Positions 1-10,878 are shown, numbered from the stretch's first letter. The stretch is 64,000 nucleotides of DNA from Terriglobales bacterium (GCA_016185365.1 JACPNP010000028.1:42454-106453), one strand, 5' to 3'. Program-made: numbers and translations. The notes: generated by a model not told the origin, from the letters alone.

Positions 1-1960
1 ACTGATCCAGCACGAAGCGGGTCCAGCCTTCATCGATGGACGCCACATAGGGCTTGTATAATCCGACGCGCACCTCACGCAGCGGCTTGGCCTTGTCCGG
101 CAATGCGGCCACCGCCGTCAACCGCAACCCCAACTGCTCAGCCTGTGCGGCCAATTCCGGATTCGATTCGAAGACCACGCTGCCCGGGGGAAACACGGTG
201 CGCCCCGTGGAAGAATTGAAGAACCCTTCACGCAGCCCGTAGACCTTCGTCTTGCGCCGCAGCATCTCGTTCACCAGCGCGAACGTTGCGTTCTGTTCCG
301 GCCCGATGGCGTAGAACTTGCCGCTTCCCTCCAATCCGCCGCGCGGCAGCGGCGCCGCGATCAGCGGCCGCAGCCCGCGTTGTTCGTCCGAGGAGAGGCG
401 CACCTTTTCCACGTCAACGCCCATCATCAGCGGCAAAGACCAGGCCGCCACGTCATAGGGCTCGAGGATCGCCCCATCCGTCGACGTCTTGACCTCCGGA
501 TACCGCTGCACGCCCAGCAACTCCGCCAAAAACCGGTTGTAGGGCTGCGCGGTGGGGATCAGGAAGGTGCGGCCGTCCGGCGTAGTGTGGATCTCCACAT
601 TGTGTTCGCGCAGGATCCGCAGCAGGTGCGTCGCGGTCACCGCGTCCCGCTGCTTGTCCAGCGCAAGGCGGTAGTACTCATCGTCGCGTCCGGAAGCGAT
701 CGCTTCACCCGCCATCTTGGCAACGCCATGCAGGAAGTCATCGCGATACTTGCTCGCCGTCTCCAGTGTGGCATTGGAGATGATGAGTTCATAATCCATG
801 ATGTCGCGCAGACGCCAGGTCCCACCCCGCCAGGGATTCGGGAAATTGATCTGCTGCACGTACTCCGTCAGGCCCTTGTCATTGCCCCGCAGTTCGGTCG
901 GGGCGATGTCCATCGGTGTCGCCACACGCGCCGAGGCCACTTCGGTCAGCACGCCGAAGACGTTCTTCCACCAGCCGGTATTGCGCGTGCCACCGATCCA
1001 GTACGCGTCGAACGCATAACCGAAGATGACGCCTTGCTTGTTCTGTTCTTCCAGACGCCACGCCATGTTGCTGCCCAGAAGATTGTTCCCCCGATGGATC
1101 AACGGATTCACCAGCTTGGCCACCGGGTCCGCATTCGGCGGCACATAGATCCGCGGCCCGTACGCCCCCATCTGATGTTCGTCCAGCCAGAACTGTGGAT
1201 ACCACTCCTGATAGGCCATGCGGGTGACGTTCTGCGTCTCCTTCTGGGTGAGCATGTACCAATCGCGGTTGTTATCGTGGCCCACATAGTGGTGATAGAG
1301 ATACGGCATGGCCCCGCCCTCATACTTAGTGCCCACATATTTGCGGTACCAGTCGGTCACCATGATCTGGCCGTCGGGATTCAGCGAAGGCACCAGCAGG
1401 AGAATGACGTCATCCAGACGCTTGCGGGTCTCCGCATCCTGCGCCGTAGCCAGCTGATAGGCCCACTCCATCGCCATCTGGCTGGAACCGATCTCGGTGG
1501 CGTGGATATTGCATGTGACCAGCAGGATCAACTTGCCCTGATGGGAAAGCTGGTCGATCTGCGCCGGCGACGATCCGCGCGGGTCGGCCAGCTTGCGCGC
1601 GATCTCTTTATATTGTTCCTGGTTGCGCAAGTTCTCTGCCGACGAGATCACCGCCATGATCATGTCGTTTCCGTGCGTGGTCTGGCCCAGACTCTTGACC
1701 TCCACGCGGTCGCTGGCCGCATCGAGCGCCTTGAAGTACGCGGTGATCTGCTTGTAATCGGCGAGGACACGATCGGCGCCGACTTGTATGCCCAGGAACT
1801 CGGATGGGGATTGCACTTTCCCGGTGGCCGCGGCTTCGCTGCGCGCCGGCGCCGGTGGCGCCTTGCGCTCCTGCTTCTTGGGCTGGCGCTGGGCGGCGGC
1901 GGAGAGCGTCAAAGACAACGACAGAACGGCGGAGACGAACAATCGCATCGTGGGTCGCAT
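1..1960 (-). CDS. M14-family zinc carboxypeptidase, secreted; C-terminus runs off the window edge
   Basis: Absent from the ORF track because the frame is open to position 1. My own translation of the minus strand from ATG at 1960 gives MRPTMRLFVSAVLSLSLTLSAAAQ (signal peptide), then LVTCNIHATEIGS (HxxE zinc motif), LVPSLNPDGQ and YVGHDNNRDWY. The frame has 653 codons without a stop. The + strand ORF 380..1981 is its antisense shadow. Confidence 0.8.
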   Translation of the reverse strand, partial: MRPTMRLFVSAVLSLSLTLSAAAQRQPKKQERKAPPAPARSEAAATGKVQSPSEFLGIQVGADRVLADYKQITAYFKALDAASDRVEVKSLGQTTHGNDMIMAVISSAENLRNQEQYKEIARKLADPRGSSPAQIDQLSHQGKLILLVTCNIHATEIGSSQMAMEWAYQLATAQDAETRKRLDDVILLLVPSLNPDGQIMVTDWYRKYVGTKYEGGAMPYLYHHYVGHDNNRDWYMLTQKETQNVTRMAYQEWYPQFWLDEHQMGAYGPRIYVPPNADPVAKLVNPLIHRGNNLLGSNMAWRLEEQNKQGVIFGYAFDAYWIGGTRNTGWWKNVFGVLTEVASARVATPMDIAPTELRGNDKGLTEYVQQINFPNPWRGGTWRLRDIMDYELIISNATLETASKYRDDFLHGVAKMAGEAIASGRDDEYYRLALDKQRDAVTATHLLRILREHNVEIHTTPDGRTFLIPTAQPYNRFLAELLGVQRYPEVKTSTDGAILEPYDVAAWSLPLMMGVDVEKVRLSSDEQRGLRPLIAAPLPRGGLEGSGKFYAIGPEQNATFALVNEMLRRKTKVYGLREGFFNSSTGRTVFPPGSVVFESNPELAAQAEQLGLRLTAVAALPDKAKPLREVRVGLYKPYVASIDEGWTRFVLDQ

Positions 1961-2061
1961 AGGAAAGAGCTTCGATTGTAGGGGAGTGGACTATCGCGGG
2001 CAACCCGAGGTATGAAAATCACGGCGTCCCGGGTTGCGACGGCGTGAATCGTGGCTGTCAG

Positions 2062-3351
2062 TCACGCCATCTGCTTCCGGTAATCATCAAACTTTGCCAG
2101 GAAGCGGTCCACATCCTTCCGGCGCAAATAATAGGGAGTGGAAAGCCGCAGCTTGGACGGTTCCCCGCCCCGGATGCGGATCTTGTGGTTCTTCCACATC
2201 CACATCTCCAGCTCCATCCGCTTGATGGGAGGCACGTTGACCGTGGTGATGCCGCAGCGCAGGGACGCGTCCGGCGAGGTCCAACTCTCCGCGCCCCGTT
2301 TTACCATCTCCGCGTGGAGGTGATCCGCCATGGCGCGGTGACGCTTCTCGATCCGCTCCATGCCGATGGAGTTCGCGAACTCGATGGCCGCGCGCAAACC
2401 CCACAACATGGCCACGTTCGACGAGCCGATACGCTGGAATCGCTCCGCTTTCAACTCCGGCTTGTCCCAGCCTTCGGTGACGATGGTGTTCCAGAGCTTC
2501 GGCATCACCGCCTCGCGTACGTAGAGGAAGCCGCTGCCCTTGGGCGCCTGCAGCCACTTGTGCGGCGACGCGGTGTACATATCGCAGCCGATGGCGGGGA
2601 TGTCCAGCTTCATCATGCCCGGAACATGCGCGCCATCCAGCGCGCTGAGGATGCCCTTGTCACGGGCCAGCGCGCAGATCTCCTTCACCGGCATCACCAC
2701 GCCGGTGACGGTGGTGATGTGGCTGATGAAGATCAGCTTGGTACGCGAAGTAATGGCATCGTTGATCCGATTTAGTATCTCCGCGGCCGACTTCGGCGGT
2801 TTGGGGATGGTGAACTTCTTCACCACAATGCCATGCCGTTTCTCCCGCAGGTGGAACGCCTGTTCGCCGCCAGGATGCTCCTGGTCGCTTAGAAGCACCT
2901 CATCGCCCGCGGAGAAGTCCAGCCCTTGCGCGATGTAACTGTTGGCTTCCGTGGCATTGCGCAGCAGCGCGATCTCACTCACCGGCGCGTTCAGGAACTT
3001 GGCCAGGGGCTCGCGAAACTCCAGATACGGCTCATAGCCCCAGATGGGATAGCGTTCCGGGTCGTCCTGCGCCATCTGCTCCAGATCGTCGAAACCGGCC
3101 ACGATCGCCTGCAGCACCGGCATGGGGGATGACCCGACCGTGCCGTTGTTGAGGTACACATTCTCATCGGGGATCAGGAACTGCTTGCGGATCTCCGTCC
3201 AATACGCTTCCTCATCGCGGTCATAGAGATCATGTGGCGGCATTGTGGGCGCGGCCTTGCAGACTTGCGCGGCGGCCTCCGCGCTCAGCCCGGTGAATGA
3301 AGCCAGACCTGCCAGTCCTAACGACGAGATGAAGCCACGGCGATCGAGCAT
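2062..3351 (-). CDS. Aminotransferase class V-fold PLP-dependent enzyme (isopenicillin-N-epimerase/cysteine-desulfurase-like) with Tat signal
   Basis: 429-aa ORF. The N-terminus MLDRRGFISSLGLAGLASFTGLSAEAAA is a twin-arginine signal. The PLP-lysine context is YTASPHKWLQAPKGSG. An SD-like GGAGGA lies upstream. Confidence 0.85.
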   Translation of the reverse strand: MLDRRGFISSLGLAGLASFTGLSAEAAAQVCKAAPTMPPHDLYDRDEEAYWTEIRKQFLIPDENVYLNNGTVGSSPMPVLQAIVAGFDDLEQMAQDDPERYPIWGYEPYLEFREPLAKFLNAPVSEIALLRNATEANSYIAQGLDFSAGDEVLLSDQEHPGGEQAFHLREKRHGIVVKKFTIPKPPKSAAEILNRINDAITSRTKLIFISHITTVTGVVMPVKEICALARDKGILSALDGAHVPGMMKLDIPAIGCDMYTASPHKWLQAPKGSGFLYVREAVMPKLWNTIVTEGWDKPELKAERFQRIGSSNVAMLWGLRAAIEFANSIGMERIEKRHRAMADHLHAEMVKRGAESWTSPDASLRCGITTVNVPPIKRMELEMWMWKNHKIRIRGGEPSKLRLSTPYYLRRKDVDRFLAKFDDYRKQMA

Positions 3352-3463
3352 GGGAGCGCTCCTCCGGAAGTTCGCGGAGATTGTACGCTATGGCTTGCCG
3401 GATTTCGTGGGTAAAGAAAACGGGCGCGGCCGAAGCCGCGCCGTTGTTTTTCAACCACTGTGT

Positions 3464-6400
3464 TCAACGCAGGCGCAAGTGCTCCATCAGTTCACCGATG
3501 TTCATTCCGGCGCTCGGGAGGGCATCGAACTCACCGGGCTTGGCGCCGCCCGCGACCTTGGGAGCGTCTTTCTTCTCCCAATCTCCGCGGGTCATGGCCG
3601 TGATGGGCTTCAGTTTTTTCTTTTCCAGACCTTTGTTCAAAGCCGGGAGGTCTTTGGCCAGCAACGCATCGAACCGCTTGCCCACATCTGCCAGGTCCGC
3701 CGCCATCGCGTCGGCGCGGTCGGACTGTTGCTTGGTCGGACGACCCTCATAGAGAAGCGCTACGGTGCCGTAAAGTTCCGCGAGCTTCTCGCGGATGCGC
3801 TCCTCTCCGGTGATCGCTCCTCCTTCCTTGGTGGCGACGATCTCCTTGCGGATCTTCCCCACCGCATCCACAAACGCCGCCATCCTGGCCTTGTTCGGGT
3901 CTTTGGCATCAAGCTTGCCCAGCGCCTCATTGGCGGCGTCGAGGACGCCCTTGATGCGGTCCGCCGTAAAGGTCATGTCGCCGAGCATGTTGTACAGCCG
4001 CATGGCCAGGGCGAAATTCACCTTTCGGTCTTCCGCGTTATAGGGCGCGCGCGGATCGATCCCCACCGTGATCTTGGTGGTGTAGGTGTCCTTGTCCTTG
4101 GTCATCTTCACGGTGTACGTCCCGGGCAAGACACGCGGGCCCGCGCCGGCAAAGCCCGCCGAGCTGGCCGCCGTGGGCAGCTTGGGCTGGATCAGACGCA
4201 TGTCCCAGGTGGCCCGGCTGAGGCCGCGGCGCTTGCTGCCGGGGACCGTGTTGAGCAGTTTGCCCTGGTCGTCAAAGATCTCCAGCTTCAGATCGCCGCG
4301 GATGTGGCGCTTCTTCTGGTAATAGGTGATCACCATTTCTTCGGTGGCATTCTGGCCGCTGAACTTTGCATCACCTTCGGCCCAGCCACCGCTGAAGTTG
4401 GAGACCGCCTGCATCTGGGCGCGGCCATCCACGAACACCGCGTCTTTGGTGAGATTGTCTTGCGTGAGGTTGCGGAGTGGGGCAATGTCATCCACGATCC
4501 AAATACCGCGCCCATGGGTCCCGAGGATCAAGTCATGGTCGCGCGGATGTACGACCAGATCACGGACCGCGGCAGCCGGGAAATCACCGCCCTTGTATTG
4601 CGCCCATTGTTGGCCGCCATCAAGCGTGATCCATAGACCGAACTCGGTGCCGAGATACAGCAGGCCGGGCGCCACCGGGTCTTGTTTGATGACATGGGCA
4701 TACCCTTGTACGCCCGCCTCGCCGGCCACGATCCGCTTCCAGGTCTTTCCGTAGTCGGTGGTGCGATAGACGTGGGGGCTCATATCGCCGAACGTGTGGC
4801 GGTCGAAGGCAACGAACGCCGTACCTTCGTCGTGTGGGCTGGCTTCCACCCAGGAGACCCATGAAGCTTTCGGCACATCCGGAACGTTGCCCGTTACGTT
4901 GGACCAGTTCTTCCCGCCGTCGCGAGTGACCTGCACATTGCCGTCGTCGGTGCCTGCCCAGATCACCTGGACGTTCTTGGGCGACTCGCTGATCGAGTAG
5001 ATGGTGGTGTGCATCTCGGCGGCGGAGTTGTCCACGGTGATTCCGCCGGACTGTTCTTGCTTCTGTTTCTCCGGATCGTTCGTGGACAGGTCCGGGGAGA
5101 TACGATCCCACGAAGCGCCATGGTCACGTGACCGGAACAGGAACTGGGAACCGATATAGATCGTTCCCTTCTCGTTCGGACTCAGGTGGATCGGCGTGTT
5201 CCAATTCCAGCGCAATTTCTTTTCGGCCGTGCCGTAAGGGAAATCGGGCAGCGCCTGAGGCTGGATGATCCGCGCTTCATGGGTCTTGCGGTTCACGCGA
5301 CCCAGGAAGCCGCCCTGGAACTCCGCGTAGACATAGTCGGGATCGGAGGGGTCCGTGAACACCCAGAAGCCATCACCGCCATACAGGTTCTCCCAACGGC
5401 TGTTGGTGATGCCCCCCGGATATTGCGAATCGCCCACCCAGGAGCTGTTGTCCTGTAGTCCGCCATAGACCTTGTAGGGGCGGTCCATGTCCGCGCTGAC
5501 ATGGTAGAACTGCGAGACCGGAAGATTGTCACTCTTCCACCAACGATTGCCGCCATCGTGACTGATCCAAAGGCCGCCATCGTCCCCCGCGATCACATGC
5601 TCCGGATTCTCGGGATTGATCCACACGGTGTGATAGTCGCCGTGCGTGGCCCCAGAGACATTGCTGAACGTCTTACCGCCATCGGTACTAAGGATCAGCC
5701 CAAGATTGACTTTGAAGACTTTGTTCTCGTCCTTCGGGTCCACGATGAGATTTGCGAAATAGAACGGGCGCCAGATCATGAACTGACTGCGGTCGCGTTT
5801 GTCCCAGGTCTTGCCGCCGTCATCGGACCGATAGAGTCCGTCGGTCGGGATCTTGGCTTCGATGGCTGCATACACCACGTTCGAATTCGACGGCGCAACC
5901 GTCACCGCCACCCGGCCCCATGGTTTCGCCGGCAGTCCCTTGGCCGACTGGGCTTCCAGCTCGGTCCAGCTGGCGCCGGCGTCGGTAGACTTGAATAGTC
6001 CACTGCCGCTGAAGGCGGTCTCATTCTCGCCCCCGGAGCGGAATGTCCATCCCTTGCGCCGAAAGTCCCACAGGCTGGCATAGAGGACCTTGGGGTCCTT
6101 CGGATCCATGCTCATGATGCCGCACCCGGTCGAGCCGTTTGCCCCTTTCAGGATCTTTGACCATGTCTTGCCACCGTCACTGGTCTTAAACACACCGCGT
6201 TCATCGCTGTCGCTCCACAGTTTGCCGGGGACGCAGACGTAGACCGTGTTCGAATCGTTCGGGTCGATCAGTATCTTGGAAATGCGCTCGGACTCCTTCA
6301 GCCCCATGTTGGTCCAGTTGTCGCCGCCATCCGTGGTCTTGTAGATCCCGTCACCGACCGAGACGCTATTGCGCGTCCAGCTCTCGCCTGTGCCCACCCA

Positions 6401-6736
6401 AACAGTCTTCGGATTTTTGCGGTCGATGGCCACCGCGCCGATGGATTGCACCGGCTGCTTGTCAAAGACCGGTTTGAAGGTGGTGCCTCCATTGATCGAC
6501 CTCCACACACCCCCGCTCGCGGCGCCGACGTAAACAGTGACCCTCTTGCCTTCGTTCACGGCATCGATCGCGGCGATACGTCCGCTCATGGTCGCGGAGC
6601 CGATGTTGCGGGCGCCCAGACCGGAGATGGTGTCTGAATCCACTTTGACCGCTTCCTGCGCCCACAAGGGCATTGCGAAGACCATCGCCAGGGCGAGAGT
6701 ACTGCTGACCCACTTCCAATAGTTTTTCGTGTTCAC
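3464..6736 (-). CDS. Large secreted BNR/Asp-box repeat, sortilin-Vps10-like beta-propeller protein
   Basis: 1090-aa ORF with GTG start and signal peptide (WKWVSSTLALAMVFAMPLWAQEA). It has repeated SxDxGxTW Asp-box motifs (TTDGGDNWT, TSDGGKTWS, STDAGASWT, SDDGGKTWD, STDGGKTFS, SHDGGNRWW, TRDGGKNWS, TTDYGKTWK, TLDGGQQWA). Confidence 0.8.
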   Translation of the reverse strand: MNTKNYWKWVSSTLALAMVFAMPLWAQEAVKVDSDTISGLGARNIGSATMSGRIAAIDAVNEGKRVTVYVGAASGGVWRSINGGTTFKPVFDKQPVQSIGAVAIDRKNPKTVWVGTGESWTRNSVSVGDGIYKTTDGGDNWTNMGLKESERISKILIDPNDSNTVYVCVPGKLWSDSDERGVFKTSDGGKTWSKILKGANGSTGCGIMSMDPKDPKVLYASLWDFRRKGWTFRSGGENETAFSGSGLFKSTDAGASWTELEAQSAKGLPAKPWGRVAVTVAPSNSNVVYAAIEAKIPTDGLYRSDDGGKTWDKRDRSQFMIWRPFYFANLIVDPKDENKVFKVNLGLILSTDGGKTFSNVSGATHGDYHTVWINPENPEHVIAGDDGGLWISHDGGNRWWKSDNLPVSQFYHVSADMDRPYKVYGGLQDNSSWVGDSQYPGGITNSRWENLYGGDGFWVFTDPSDPDYVYAEFQGGFLGRVNRKTHEARIIQPQALPDFPYGTAEKKLRWNWNTPIHLSPNEKGTIYIGSQFLFRSRDHGASWDRISPDLSTNDPEKQKQEQSGGITVDNSAAEMHTTIYSISESPKNVQVIWAGTDDGNVQVTRDGGKNWSNVTGNVPDVPKASWVSWVEASPHDEGTAFVAFDRHTFGDMSPHVYRTTDYGKTWKRIVAGEAGVQGYAHVIKQDPVAPGLLYLGTEFGLWITLDGGQQWAQYKGGDFPAAAVRDLVVHPRDHDLILGTHGRGIWIVDDIAPLRNLTQDNLTKDAVFVDGRAQMQAVSNFSGGWAEGDAKFSGQNATEEMVITYYQKKRHIRGDLKLEIFDDQGKLLNTVPGSKRRGLSRATWDMRLIQPKLPTAASSAGFAGAGPRVLPGTYTVKMTKDKDTYTTKITVGIDPRAPYNAEDRKVNFALAMRLYNMLGDMTFTADRIKGVLDAANEALGKLDAKDPNKARMAAFVDAVGKIRKEIVATKEGGAITGEERIREKLAELYGTVALLYEGRPTKQQSDRADAMAADLADVGKRFDALLAKDLPALNKGLEKKKLKPITAMTRGDWEKKDAPKVAGGAKPGEFDALPSAGMNIGELMEHLRLR

Positions 6737-6809
6737 GGGGATTCCTGTTCCTTCCTGTGTCTTGAACGAGAAAAGAGAATGGGGTGCGGCATGGCCGCAC
6801 CCCGTATGG

Positions 6810-7604
6810 CTACTTCTTGGGCTCTTCCGGCTTCAGCGCTGGTGACGCGGGAGGCGCGGCCGGTGGGGTCGTTACAACCGGCATCACGAACCGCGAGTCG
6901 TCGATCGGCACATTGAGTTCGATCTTCTCGATCGTCAATTTCTGCCGGCTCGCTGGAGGCGCGCCTTTCGGCCCACCCTCCTGCGAGAATGGGAACGTCA
7001 GCCCCTCCACTTCCTTGTAATCTCCGCTGAATCCCTCTTCTTCTCTCTCGGCGCCACGTACGATGCGCTTGCTTTCACTCTTCATCTCCAGAAACTCATC
7101 AGCATCCAGAAATACGATTTGGGTGGTGCCGGATGGCAGTGTGAGTTTAATCTTGTAGGCGTCGGTACCTTCCACAGGTTCTTTCCCCATCAATTCCGCG
7201 GTCACGCCCTTGGACTTGGGATCCACCAGCCAACCGTCAAAATCGGACTGGTCTTGCATACCTTTGAGCTGGTCTTCTCCCATGAGTTCGGGATCCTTTT
7301 TCCCCCCGAACGGGTTGATGCTCCAACCCACCTTGCCGTCATAGACTTGCGACGCGGTCAGCCCCTGGAATGTGAACTCGATCCGGACTTTGTTCGGTCG
7401 CTTCTGTTCAAGAATTATCGGGATCTCCGGACCACCGCCACCCGAAGCCTTCGCGGTGATGCGCATGGTCTTGACGGCCGCCAATTTGTCCGCGCCCCCG
7501 CGGGCTTTCACGTACTTCGCTAACACCTCATCCAGCGTCTGGGCGGAAACCGGCGCCACCATCAGTGCAGCGAACATCAGTGCAACGAGCGTCTTACGCA
7601 ACAT
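6810..7604 (-). CDS. Secreted hypothetical protein, LolA-like / outer-membrane lipoprotein-sorting-like fold
   Basis: 264-aa ORF with signal peptide MLRKTLVALMFAALMVAPVSAQT and a Pro/Ala-rich C-terminal tail. It is co-directional with, and upstream of, the BNR protein. The family call is from overall resemblance only. Confidence 0.5.
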   Translation of the reverse strand: MLRKTLVALMFAALMVAPVSAQTLDEVLAKYVKARGGADKLAAVKTMRITAKASGGGGPEIPIILEQKRPNKVRIEFTFQGLTASQVYDGKVGWSINPFGGKKDPELMGEDQLKGMQDQSDFDGWLVDPKSKGVTAELMGKEPVEGTDAYKIKLTLPSGTTQIVFLDADEFLEMKSESKRIVRGAEREEEGFSGDYKEVEGLTFPFSQEGGPKGAPPASRQKLTIEKIELNVPIDDSRFVMPVVTTPPAAPPASPALKPEEPKK

Positions 7605-7820
7605 TGTGAATCTCCTTTATTTGAGTGCGGACGTACCGCGAACGAGCGGATCGTGCGGGATTGGGGAACGCGAGCCATCATTTGGGTTTACGGCGAGAAC
7701 TCAGACATTACCGGGACGTCTGGAAAGTGTCAATCTACGACCTGGCATCGTAATTCCCGTACGAACGAGACCGACTCCGGGTTCAACCATTCGTCCCAGC
7801 ATTCTTCGGGGCCGCAGGCT

Positions 7821-9152
7821 TCAACCTGCAAGCAGGATGCGCAGGTCGCGAATGTTGTTCCCGGTCGGTCCGGTCACAACGGTATCGCCGAGTTCATGAA
7901 ACACAGGATAGGTGTTGAATGCACTCAGCGCCTGGCTCAACGTACTGGCCTGTCCCAGCGCTGACCACCGAGCCAAGGCGCTCCCATCCGCGACCGCGCC
8001 GGCCGCCGGACTGTTGCCGTCCACGCCGTCGCTCCCTGCGCTTAGAACGGTGATGTTTTCGCCGGTGATCTTCGCCGCACAGTACAACGCAAGCTGCTGG
8101 TTCCTTCCGCCGGCGCCCGGGGTCTCACTTACTTTGACGGTGACCTCACCGCCTGAGATCAGGCATACAGGTTGCTTCGCTTGGCTTCGCAACCCCCGGA
8201 TGCGACCGAGTAAGTGGTCGGCCGCGCGTTGGTACTCCCAGTCGTCGCAGGAGTTGTCCACCACGACGTGATAACCCAACGACTCCGCCTTTTCGGCGGC
8301 GGCCTTCATGGCGTCGGCGTTCGAGAGCACCGTCCACCATCGGCCGTGGCGGAACACCGGATCGTCTTTTTTCGGGGTCTCGTCCAAGGCGCGCCGGGCA
8401 AACAATTCGCGTACCGGCGGGGGAAATTGCTCGACCAGTTTGTGTCGTTGCGCGATCTCGTAGCATTGTTCGGTCGTGGTGGGATCAGGCATGGTCGGGC
8501 CGGAGGCCAGAGCGTCAAGCGCGTTCTCCGGCACGTCGCTGACCAGGATCGAGACTTGCTGGACGCTTTTTCCCTGCCCTGCCGCGCGCGCCATCCGACC
8601 GCCTTTCACGGCGGACAGATGCTTGCGCACGGTGTTGATCTCCGCGATCGGTGCGCCGCTGTGAACCAACACCCTGTAGGTAGCGACCAGATCTTCGAGT
8701 CCGATCTCCGGGTCGGCCAACTTTTCCACCAGCGACGAGCCCCCGCCGCTGACCAGATACAGCACCAGTGAGTTTTCCGGCAGCGAGGCCAGCGACTTCA
8801 GGATCGTATCCGCCGCGCGCACCGACTCCGCATTGGGCAGCGGATGCCCACCGGCAAAATAACGAAACCCGGGAAGCTGCGGCTTGCCGGCCAACACATT
8901 CTCAGGCGCGACTATGATCCCGAAAGCCAGAGGACCCAATTGATCCACGAGTGCTGTTGCCATGCTTTGCCCTGCTTTGCCGTACGCGATCACCAATACA
9001 CGGGCATAGTCGTGCACGGGCAACAGGTCGTCACACACGCGCAGTGTGCCTCGCTGATATTCCACATGTCTGCGGAACGCGCCATCCACGCCGGCTGCGC
9101 GCAAGGCATGAGCGAAGATCTCACGGGCGACGGCGCGATTGTCAGCCATCAC
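7821..9152 (-). CDS. Glycerate 2-kinase / hydroxypyruvate reductase family (DUF4147 + MOFRL)
   Basis: 443-aa ORF. Family-typical blocks are YGKAGQSMA, LVSGGGSSL, LISGGEVTV, GGRNQQLAL and SAGSDGVDGNS. Confidence 0.8.
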   Translation of the reverse strand: MMADNRAVAREIFAHALRAAGVDGAFRRHVEYQRGTLRVCDDLLPVHDYARVLVIAYGKAGQSMATALVDQLGPLAFGIIVAPENVLAGKPQLPGFRYFAGGHPLPNAESVRAADTILKSLASLPENSLVLYLVSGGGSSLVEKLADPEIGLEDLVATYRVLVHSGAPIAEINTVRKHLSAVKGGRMARAAGQGKSVQQVSILVSDVPENALDALASGPTMPDPTTTEQCYEIAQRHKLVEQFPPPVRELFARRALDETPKKDDPVFRHGRWWTVLSNADAMKAAAEKAESLGYHVVVDNSCDDWEYQRAADHLLGRIRGLRSQAKQPVCLISGGEVTVKVSETPGAGGRNQQLALYCAAKITGENITVLSAGSDGVDGNSPAAGAVADGSALARWSALGQASTLSQALSAFNTYPVFHELGDTVVTGPTGNNIRDLRILLAG

Positions 9153-9814
9153 ATCTCCTCAACGGGCGCGATCCGGAACGTCTCGCGCACCCAGTCTTCG
9201 ATGGCCTTCTGCATCTCGCCCAGCTTGCCCAGGAAGAAGTGGTCCGCGCCTTCGACGATCCTTAATCGCTTCGGCCCGGCAGCGTAGCTAAAGGCTTGCT
9301 GTAATTCTGCACGCGGCGAGTAAATGTCATTCCCGCCGCTGATCATCAACAGTGGTTTGGTGCATTCCTTGAGGAACGCATAGGTGTAATGGCGGCCCTC
9401 GACGTTGACCGGCGTGCCCAGTGAGATGCATCCCTTCACCCGCTCATCGCGCACTGCGACGCGCAGCCCGGTGGCCGCGCCGAAACTGAATCCGGCGAAG
9501 AGGATGGGAAGCTGGGTCTCGTCATAAAGGAAGCCGAGCGCGGCCCGGACATCCTCCTGTTCCCCGTGGCCCTGGTCATGCACGCCCTCGCTCAACCCGG
9601 CGCCACGGAAGTTGAAGCGCAGCGCGGGGAATCCGAATCCGGTCAGCGCTTTCATGGCGTGGTACACCACTTTGTTATGCATGGTGCCGCCGTGCAGCGG
9701 GTGCGGATGGCAGATCAGCGCGGCGAACCTGGCGCCGGGCGCACCAACATTGAGCAAAGCTTCCAGCCGCCCGACGGGGCCGGGGACCATCAGGGATCGG
9801 ATCGCAGTCGCCAA
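9149..9814 (-). CDS. Alpha/beta hydrolase (COG2945-like)
   Basis: 221-aa ORF with HPHPLHGGTMHNKV and a nucleophile-elbow-like GFSFGA. Its stop overlaps the glycerate kinase start by 4 nt (ATGA), suggesting translational coupling. Confidence 0.7.
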   Translation of the reverse strand: MATAIRSLMVPGPVGRLEALLNVGAPGARFAALICHPHPLHGGTMHNKVVYHAMKALTGFGFPALRFNFRGAGLSEGVHDQGHGEQEDVRAALGFLYDETQLPILFAGFSFGAATGLRVAVRDERVKGCISLGTPVNVEGRHYTYAFLKECTKPLLMISGGNDIYSPRAELQQAFSYAAGPKRLRIVEGADHFFLGKLGEMQKAIEDWVRETFRIAPVEEM

Positions 9815-9846
9815 TCGCCCTCCAAAATCCTTATCCTACCGGATGC

Positions 9847-10878
9847 ATGGGATATCCTGTAGCCGTGCCCGTGTTGACCGACAAGCAGATCTTCCGCCTC
9901 ACCCGCGACTTGATCGACATCAGTTCCATCTCCGGCCACGAGGCCGATTGCGGCAAGTTCCTGTTGCGCACCCTGAAAGAACTCGGCTTCCGCGCGGAGA
10001 AAATGCCGGTGGAAGGCGGCCGCTTCAATGTCTACGCCCACATCGGCCACCCGAAGATCGTCTTCTCCACGCATTTCGATACAGTGCCGCCCTTCATCCC
10101 GTCGTCCGAGGACACCAGGAAGATCTACGGACGCGGTTCCTGCGACGCCAAAGGCATCATCGCGGCCATGGTCGCCGCCGCCGTGCGGATGATGAATGAG
10201 GGGACCGACGTCGGCCTGCTCTTCCTCGTCGGCGAAGAGCGCGACTCCCACGGCGCGAAAGTTGCTGACCGGAATCCGCCCACTCCGCCGCCGCGTTTTC
10301 TCATCAACGGCGAACCCACCGAGAATCAGGTGGCCATCGCATCCAAGGGCGCGCTGCGCGTGGAAGTAACGGCACATGGGAGGATGGCGCACTCCGCCTA
10401 TCCTTACCTCGGGGACTCCGCCATCGACAAGCTCCTGCACGCGTTGCATCGCATCCGGCGTATCAAGCTGTCGACCCACCGCGAATTCGGCCCGACCACG
10501 ATGAACATCGGCGTGATCGAAGGCGGCCGCGCCCCCAACGTGATCCCCGACTTCGCCAAAGCGCAACTGCTTTATCGCTTGATCGGCCCGCCGGACAAGC
10601 TCATCGCGGAGATCAAGTCCGTCGCCGGCGATCTGGTTGATGTAGAGATCGTTCTGCACATTCCGTTTGTCAAGCTGCGCTCCTTCGCCGGTCTGCCCGA
10701 AGTCGTGGCCGCATTCACCACAGACATCCCCGCGCTCTCCCACTGGGGCGAACCCATCCTCTTCGGCCCCGGTTCGATCCATGTGGCCCACACCGCCGGC
10801 GAGTACATCGAGAAGAAACAGTTGCTCGCGGCTGTGGATGTGTACTGCTCCATGGCGAAACAGCTGCTTGCCGGCTGA
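9847..10878 (+). CDS. M20 family metallopeptidase (ArgE/DapE/acetylornithine deacetylase-like)
   Basis: 343-aa ORF with SISGHE, FSTHFDTVPP, GRGSCDAKG and LFLVGEERDSHG, the metal ligand blocks of M20. Confidence 0.8.
   Translation: MGYPVAVPVLTDKQIFRLTRDLIDISSISGHEADCGKFLLRTLKELGFRAEKMPVEGGRFNVYAHIGHPKIVFSTHFDTVPPFIPSSEDTRKIYGRGSCDAKGIIAAMVAAAVRMMNEGTDVGLLFLVGEERDSHGAKVADRNPPTPPPRFLINGEPTENQVAIASKGALRVEVTAHGRMAHSAYPYLGDSAIDKLLHALHRIRRIKLSTHREFGPTTMNIGVIEGGRAPNVIPDFAKAQLLYRLIGPPDKLIAEIKSVAGDLVDVEIVLHIPFVKLRSFAGLPEVVAAFTTDIPALSHWGEPILFGPGSIHVAHTAGEYIEKKQLLAAVDVYCSMAKQLLAG

Noticed and set aside
380-1981. 533-aa + strand ORF.
   Set aside because: It has an Arg/His/Leu-rich, low-complexity composition typical of the antisense frame of a high-GC gene. 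The opposite strand encodes a clean M14 peptidase with a signal peptide and HxxE motif.
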